Source: Nitrospirota bacterium
GTDB taxonomy: Bacteria; Nitrospirota; UBA9217
DNA length: 64,000 bases
Direction: 5' to 3'
Assembly: GCA_963818475.1 (NCBI GenBank)
Contig: CAWFSF010000003.1
Location: 1 to 64,000, forward strand
The notes under the pieces were generated by a model that did not search any database, was not told where the DNA came from, and was given only the letters and a program-made list of their open reading frames with translations. Made by a program: the position numbers and the translations under genes. Positions 59,768 through 64,000 of the stretch are shown in pieces. The stretch's first letter is position 1, and each line of letters begins with the position of its first letter.

Positions 59768-59998
59768 ATGAAAAGAAGGATTATCGTAATACTTTTTGCC
59801 GCCGCTCTATCAGTCCCAAGCTATGACTGCCGGCTCACGAGTCTGGATGCGTTACCGACGGTGAAGAAGCAGCTGGAAGCGAGAGGGAGAACAGAGGGGA
59901 ACTGCGAATTACACCTACAATTCTGCACAGCCGATATTGTAACTAGAGCATGCCAATTGTATCCTGCACATGAACGACGAGTTGAGCCCACGCCGTAG
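59768..59998 (+). pseudogene. Probable truncated exported-protein gene
   Basis: GAGG RBS and signal-peptide-like start (MKRRIIVILFAAALSVP), then runs into an attC site. Confidence 0.35.
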
Positions 59999-60026
59999 AG
60001 CTCAGGACTCGAATGACTCGTTATAC
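59969..60026 (-). other. Integron attC site
   Basis: Minus strand GTATAAC GAGTCATTCGAGTCCTGAGCTCTACGGCGTGGGCTCAACTCGTC GTTCATG; contains the cassette gene stop. Confidence 0.7.
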
Positions 60027-60809
60027 CTTTATCGATTCAAGTTCTTTACGAGCGTATTCGAGAATAAGATTATCTCGTGCTACGCCATTCAACTCCGCAA
60101 AACTGCCGTCAGGGCTATTACCTTCCCACATGTAACACCATGCCATCAAGCCATCAGGATGGGAAAGAGGGTCGATAACTTTTAGATGTATCAAGTGAAT
60201 TCCTTGATCAGGGCTGATCGCTCCATTAACAATCGCTTTGCAAATATAGTGAAAATAATCCATTATCATTCCATCTTGGCTTAGCTGAGGAATCGATAAC
60301 TCGTGAAGAGTGGCTTCAAAATACTGAGGGATGTCTTCACGATCAGCAGGGAGGTTTAGCCCAGCAAGAATTCTTAGAGAAGGAGAATCAAGATTATATT
60401 CGAGAGCTTTGACCGCCCACTCGGTAAACTCTTGATCAGAAGCATCCTGTGCCCACCGTCTGATCAATAAAATCTTTAAGCCATCTTTGATACTAGTGGG
60501 TAACTTGACCTCGTCTTGCCATTTCTTAATATCAGTTTTCTCTTTATCCAGAAGTTCGTTCAGGTACTGTTCGGTCCGTATTCTGTTTATAGGTTGTTCT
60601 TTAAGAAATTCTTCCCGGATTTTCGCATTACTATGAAATGGCCGTCTTAGTGGATGGAATCTCATGTATAAAGCCCATGCAAAACCAAGAATCAGTACAG
60701 ATCCAAAATATATAGCGTGATAAGCAAGACTATTCGGAAACACCACCTGTCCTAATTTCCAGGCTATCAATACAGAAAGACATATATATAGAGTTAATCG
60801 TTTAGGCAT
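60021..60809 (-). CDS. Cassette-borne hypothetical membrane protein
   Basis: AT-rich ORF lying between two attC sites. Confidence 0.75.
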   Translation of the reverse strand: MPKRLTLYICLSVLIAWKLGQVVFPNSLAYHAIYFGSVLILGFAWALYMRFHPLRRPFHSNAKIREEFLKEQPINRIRTEQYLNELLDKEKTDIKKWQDEVKLPTSIKDGLKILLIRRWAQDASDQEFTEWAVKALEYNLDSPSLRILAGLNLPADREDIPQYFEATLHELSIPQLSQDGMIMDYFHYICKAIVNGAISPDQGIHLIHLKVIDPLSHPDGLMAWCYMWEGNSPDGSFAELNGVARDNLILEYARKELESIKV

Positions 60810-60822
60810 GGCGGAAATAGGA

Positions 60823-60881
60823 ATATAACGACGAGTTGAGCCCCACGCCGTAGAGCGCAGGACTCGAATGCATTGTTATTT
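60823..60881 (-). other. Integron attC site, near-identical to 59969..60026
   Basis: Minus strand AAATAAC AATGCATTCGAGTCCTGCGCTCTACGGCGTGGGGCTCAACTCGTC GTTATAT. Confidence 0.75.
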
Positions 60882-60885
60882 GGCA

Positions 60886-61302
60886 CTATGCTTCGCCGTT
60901 GATAAATACATCAAAGAATTTGTTTGCAATAAGATCGTATTTAAGTTGAAAGAAGCAACCACCGCCATCGTGGACAAGGACAAAATCTTTGCTTAAATTT
61001 ACGCCTTTGGGGTTGTGAAGACTGCAAAATGCATTGATGTAAACAAATTTACGTCCCTGTTCTTCTTGTCCTTGATACTGAAGACGGTAGGTGTTCCATT
61101 TTTTGAGCGATCTTCCAAAGACCTTCTCTTGCGATTTCATATATGGCTCAAGATGTATTTTAATTGTTGAAAGAATTTTGTCTGAGGGGTTCCACGTTCC
61201 GCCGTCAACCTTTGTCCAAGAATTTTCTTCGGCATTAGCGAGCCTGAGCAACAGCACTGGTATTATAAAAACCAGATATTTAGTTCTGCTTGAGATAATC
61301 AT
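60886..61302 (-). CDS. Cassette-borne secreted hypothetical protein
   Basis: Signal peptide, YINAFC..DGGGCFF; bounded by attC sites. Confidence 0.78.
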   Translation of the reverse strand: MIISSRTKYLVFIIPVLLLRLANAEENSWTKVDGGTWNPSDKILSTIKIHLEPYMKSQEKVFGRSLKKWNTYRLQYQGQEEQGRKFVYINAFCSLHNPKGVNLSKDFVLVHDGGGCFFQLKYDLIANKFFDVFINGEA

Positions 61303-61311
61303 ATTTTCACC

Positions 61312-61389
61312 ATATAACGTTCGAGCTCACCCGCCTGAGAAAGTGGGCGTAGCCCGCTGTAGCAGGTCGGGTGCAGCGCATTGTTAGGT
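61312..61389 (-). other. Integron attC site (78 bp)
   Basis: Minus strand ACCTAAC AATGCGCTGCACCCGACCTG...CAGGCGGGTGAGCTCGAAC GTTATAT. Confidence 0.85.
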
Positions 61390-61505
61390 TGCTGTGTCAT
61401 GCCAGTTGAGTGGGACGGATTACGGCGAGCGAGTCCATGAATTCGCTGTCTGCCTTTCCGGTGAAATGCATTGTCGGCTTCCGGCACAGGCCGAGCCTTC
61501 GTCTG

Positions 61506-62798
61506 CTATTCCGGTTCGCGACAAAGTCGCTCGACCCGCTGCGGATAACTGCTCCAATCCGGGACCCTGACATCTTGCCCTCCGTACTTATTTCCCAGCG
61601 CGTTCGCCGCTGTCCAGATGAGCCTATACGGAATGGGAGCTTCCAACATCTCACGCTCGCGCTTCTTCGCCTCAAGCTCGGCCTGAAGCTCGCGCTTCTT
61701 CGCTTCGTCATAGATGCTCACCTTGGCCAGGACCAGCTGACTCAGCACGGCGCGGTCGGCGTCCATCATCCGACCGCCGGGGCACAGACGCGCCTCGACG
61801 TGCTCTTCAAGCCTTTCCAGCAACAGCGGGATCACTTCTTCGTTTACAACACCCTGCTCATTCAACCCGTGAGGGGCGAGCTGCCTGGAAAAGTTGCCGG
61901 GCTCGAGCGCATCCCAGATCAGCTTGGTATTGATATTCGGAATGGCGTACCCAGTGAAATGCCGTTCAATCAGCGTCCGCAGCACCGCGCGGTCCGGCTC
62001 GCTCAGAGGTTCGTTCGCTGCGATTTGTGCGGAATCGTTCACGCCCTTTGCCAGGCCGGCGATCCATCCGGAACGTCTGGCAAGATAACCGCTCGGAGGC
62101 TCTTGCCGCCAAGGATAGGTCCATCCTGTGCCCCAGATGCGTTCATGTTGTTGTTCAGCGAGTTCCAGTATCACGCCAAGTCCGCCGGCTCCGGCTTCAC
62201 GACCCACGGCCTGCCCTGCTGAGTACTCCTGCTTCCAAAAATGCTCTTCCGTGTTTGCGAGAACGAGGAAACCAGGAAGCAGCGCCACCTGCAAGGCCAT
62301 CCATGCGGTGACCCAACCCGGCCAGCGCCGGCCCTGGCGCATGGCCCGGTACTGCGCGAGCGGAGCGATGACGATGAAAGGCAAAAATACCGCGCTGGTC
62401 ATCAAGAGCACGACCAGCGACGCCCCACCCGGGGCCCCTTTGAAGAATCCTGCTCGTTCGCTGGGAGAAGCGGCTAAGCCGAGGAGGAGAAAGATCACCA
62501 CCAGGGCGACGATGAGCCCGCCGACGAGAGCCGCCCGGTAGCGAAAGATCTTGGCAAACAAAGCCACGTCAACAATCACGCCATACGCGACGGTCAGCGC
62601 GAAGGCCAGAAAGAATCCAATCCCTTCCAATCGCATCTGGCCGTAACTCGCATGTGCGGCGGAGGCAAGCGCACATGAGGCCAGGAGGAAGAAGGCTGGC
62701 GCGTACCACCCTGCTCGAGACCGACGAAGACAGTTGCCACGAGATTGGCCCACGACAGAGCGTAACCGTCTGTCTTCGGTACTGAGGAGACGTGTCAT
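61506..62798 (-). CDS. Cassette-borne multi-TM hypothetical protein, GC-rich; probable start at ATG 62798
   Basis: ATG lies 5 nt after GTTAGGT (62804..62810); several TM helices then a soluble domain. Confidence 0.65.
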   Translation of the reverse strand: MTRLLSTEDRRLRSVVGQSRGNCLRRSRAGWYAPAFFLLASCALASAAHASYGQMRLEGIGFFLAFALTVAYGVIVDVALFAKIFRYRAALVGGLIVALVVIFLLLGLAASPSERAGFFKGAPGGASLVVLLMTSAVFLPFIVIAPLAQYRAMRQGRRWPGWVTAWMALQVALLPGFLVLANTEEHFWKQEYSAGQAVGREAGAGGLGVILELAEQQHERIWGTGWTYPWRQEPPSGYLARRSGWIAGLAKGVNDSAQIAANEPLSEPDRAVLRTLIERHFTGYAIPNINTKLIWDALEPGNFSRQLAPHGLNEQGVVNEEVIPLLLERLEEHVEARLCPGGRMMDADRAVLSQLVLAKVSIYDEAKKRELQAELEAKKREREMLEAPIPYRLIWTAANALGNKYGGQDVRVPDWSSYPQRVERLCREPE

Positions 62799-62893
62799 GA
62801 GCAACCTAACGTTCAGTGGCATGGGCACCTCAATGTGTCCCGCAAGTGTCGGCTTTCGGCCACAACCAGACCCTCGGCGTACCTCGGCCATGA

Positions 62894-63190
62894 CTACCAT
62901 CTCATTGCGGCCAGCAGCCAGATCAATCCGGCCAGTAGCGCCACGTTGATACCCAAGGCGGACCAGGCAAGCCAGGAGCGACGATCGGCGCGCCAGGCGA
63001 GTCCTCCCAGTAAGGTGCCGGTCAGGAGCAAGACCAGTGCCCAGGTGAGCGCGAAGCCCAAGGCGTTGAAGCCAGTGAAGTCGTCGCGGAACGTGAATAT
63101 ATGCAAGCGCAACAGCAGGAACATCACGGGCAAACCCGCCGTCGCAACGAGCGACAGGATAGCGAAGATTTGTGCGCGTGTGCGATTCAT
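62894..63190 (-). CDS. Small three-TM hypothetical protein
   Basis: GGAG RBS and hydrophobic helices. Confidence 0.65.
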   Translation of the reverse strand: MNRTRAQIFAILSLVATAGLPVMFLLLRLHIFTFRDDFTGFNALGFALTWALVLLLTGTLLGGLAWRADRRSWLAWSALGINVALLAGLIWLLAAMRW

Positions 63191-63206
63191 CTCCGAGTGC
63201 AACTTT

Positions 63207-63273
63207 GGGAACGTTGGTTCTTAGAGTGCATTGTGAGGGACATAAATAAAGCACCGTAAGAACCAACGTTCCC
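63207..63273. repeat. Perfect 17-bp inverted repeat with 33-nt spacer
   Basis: GGGAACGTTGGTTCTTA / TAAGAACCAACGTTCCC. Confidence 0.8.
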
Positions 63274-63602
63274 TATTTTGCCCTTCCTCACGCGGAGACT
63301 ATTAAATCAGTGCCAAGCTATGACTGCCGGAACGAATGCCATGACTGCCCATCACTAATGACCTTAATCCCGATGGGTGACTGGTGCAGTGACAACTGAC
63401 ATTTAAACCGAATGAAACTGCAGCAATGGTACGGATGAAGATAACGAAAAGCTCGGCGAGAAACGTCCGTTTCTAGCCACAAGATAGCTTTTTTGCTTGA
63501 CGGTGCCCTTTAAGTGGGTGATCCTAAAGACTCCAAGGCAATAGGAGTTTCTCGCGTAAATAGGTTTATCATTTAAAATTCCAACAAGGCTAGAACGTCG
63601 AC

Positions 63603-63998
63603 CTATGCTGTCCCTTGATTTTTATGTTTATTGAGATTCATTTCAATCCAGAGGTGATGAAGCGCGAGTCTCTTGCCTTTTACGCTTCCGACCCTGCTAT
63701 GAACCGACTTAGAAATTGCAACTCCGTTGAGCGAATCTTCTTCAAAGGTATCTAGCTTCTCTCCATCGCTCCAATGGCAGGTATCTTCAAATACTCCTTG
63801 CGCAAACTTTGCGATCCAATCATTAATCTGGCTATGCCATTGGCTTAACGAGCATTTTTGAACATAGCCGACCAATGCGACGATATTATGATCACCTCCA
63901 TGCAGTCCGAGTTTGAATCGTTGGATCCCCCCGCTAACTTTGTCTTTTCCACCAGAAACATATTCTTTTTCTCGGTCGAGGGAAGGAGCGGGAAGACG
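63603..63998 (-). CDS. C-terminal part of a hypothetical protein, possibly restriction-endonuclease-like; runs past the window end
   Basis: Frame is open to the window end: RLPAPSLDREKEYVSGG..GGIQRFKLGLH..VGYVQ..HHLW. Confidence 0.5.
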   Translation of the reverse strand, partial: RLPAPSLDREKEYVSGGKDKVSGGIQRFKLGLHGGDHNIVALVGYVQKCSLSQWHSQINDWIAKFAQGVFEDTCHWSDGEKLDTFEEDSLNGVAISKSVHSRVGSVKGKRLALHHLWIEMNLNKHKNQGTA

Positions 63999-64000
63999 TT

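Noticed and set aside
61506-63266. Single 586-aa protein as listed in the ORF track
   Set aside because: The N-terminal extension overlaps another plausible gene, an inverted repeat and a cassette junction; ATG 62798 is the more likely start.

Overview
This GC-rich bacterial chromosome segment has gene content suggesting an anaerobic Nitrospirota or Desulfobacterota-like organism (inference). Many single-base frameshifts look like long-read assembly errors. It holds three copies of a 1410-bp IS1202-like element (two in tandem) and housekeeping blocks: acetate/acyl-CoA metabolism, deoC, nupC, hemY, speD-speE-decarboxylase, a two-component HD-GYP pair and a corrinoid reductive activator. Accessory parts are: (i) a two-gene operon made only of tandem putative DNA-binding repeats; (ii) a defence-like island with a type IIG R-M enzyme, Ser/Thr kinase, two HEPN-like proteins and Fic; (iii) two clusters of attC-delimited gene cassettes with no IntI in the window, one adjoining a tyrosine recombinase + IS91-type transposase element; (iv) a self-contained ECF-sigma module with three matching promoters, CBM48 proteins and very Met-rich exported proteins. 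Non-coding signals include an orphan cobalamin riboswitch, a structured speD leader, a shared csp leader hairpin and several palindromic or MITE-like repeat families. All family calls are by eye from motifs; no database search was run.
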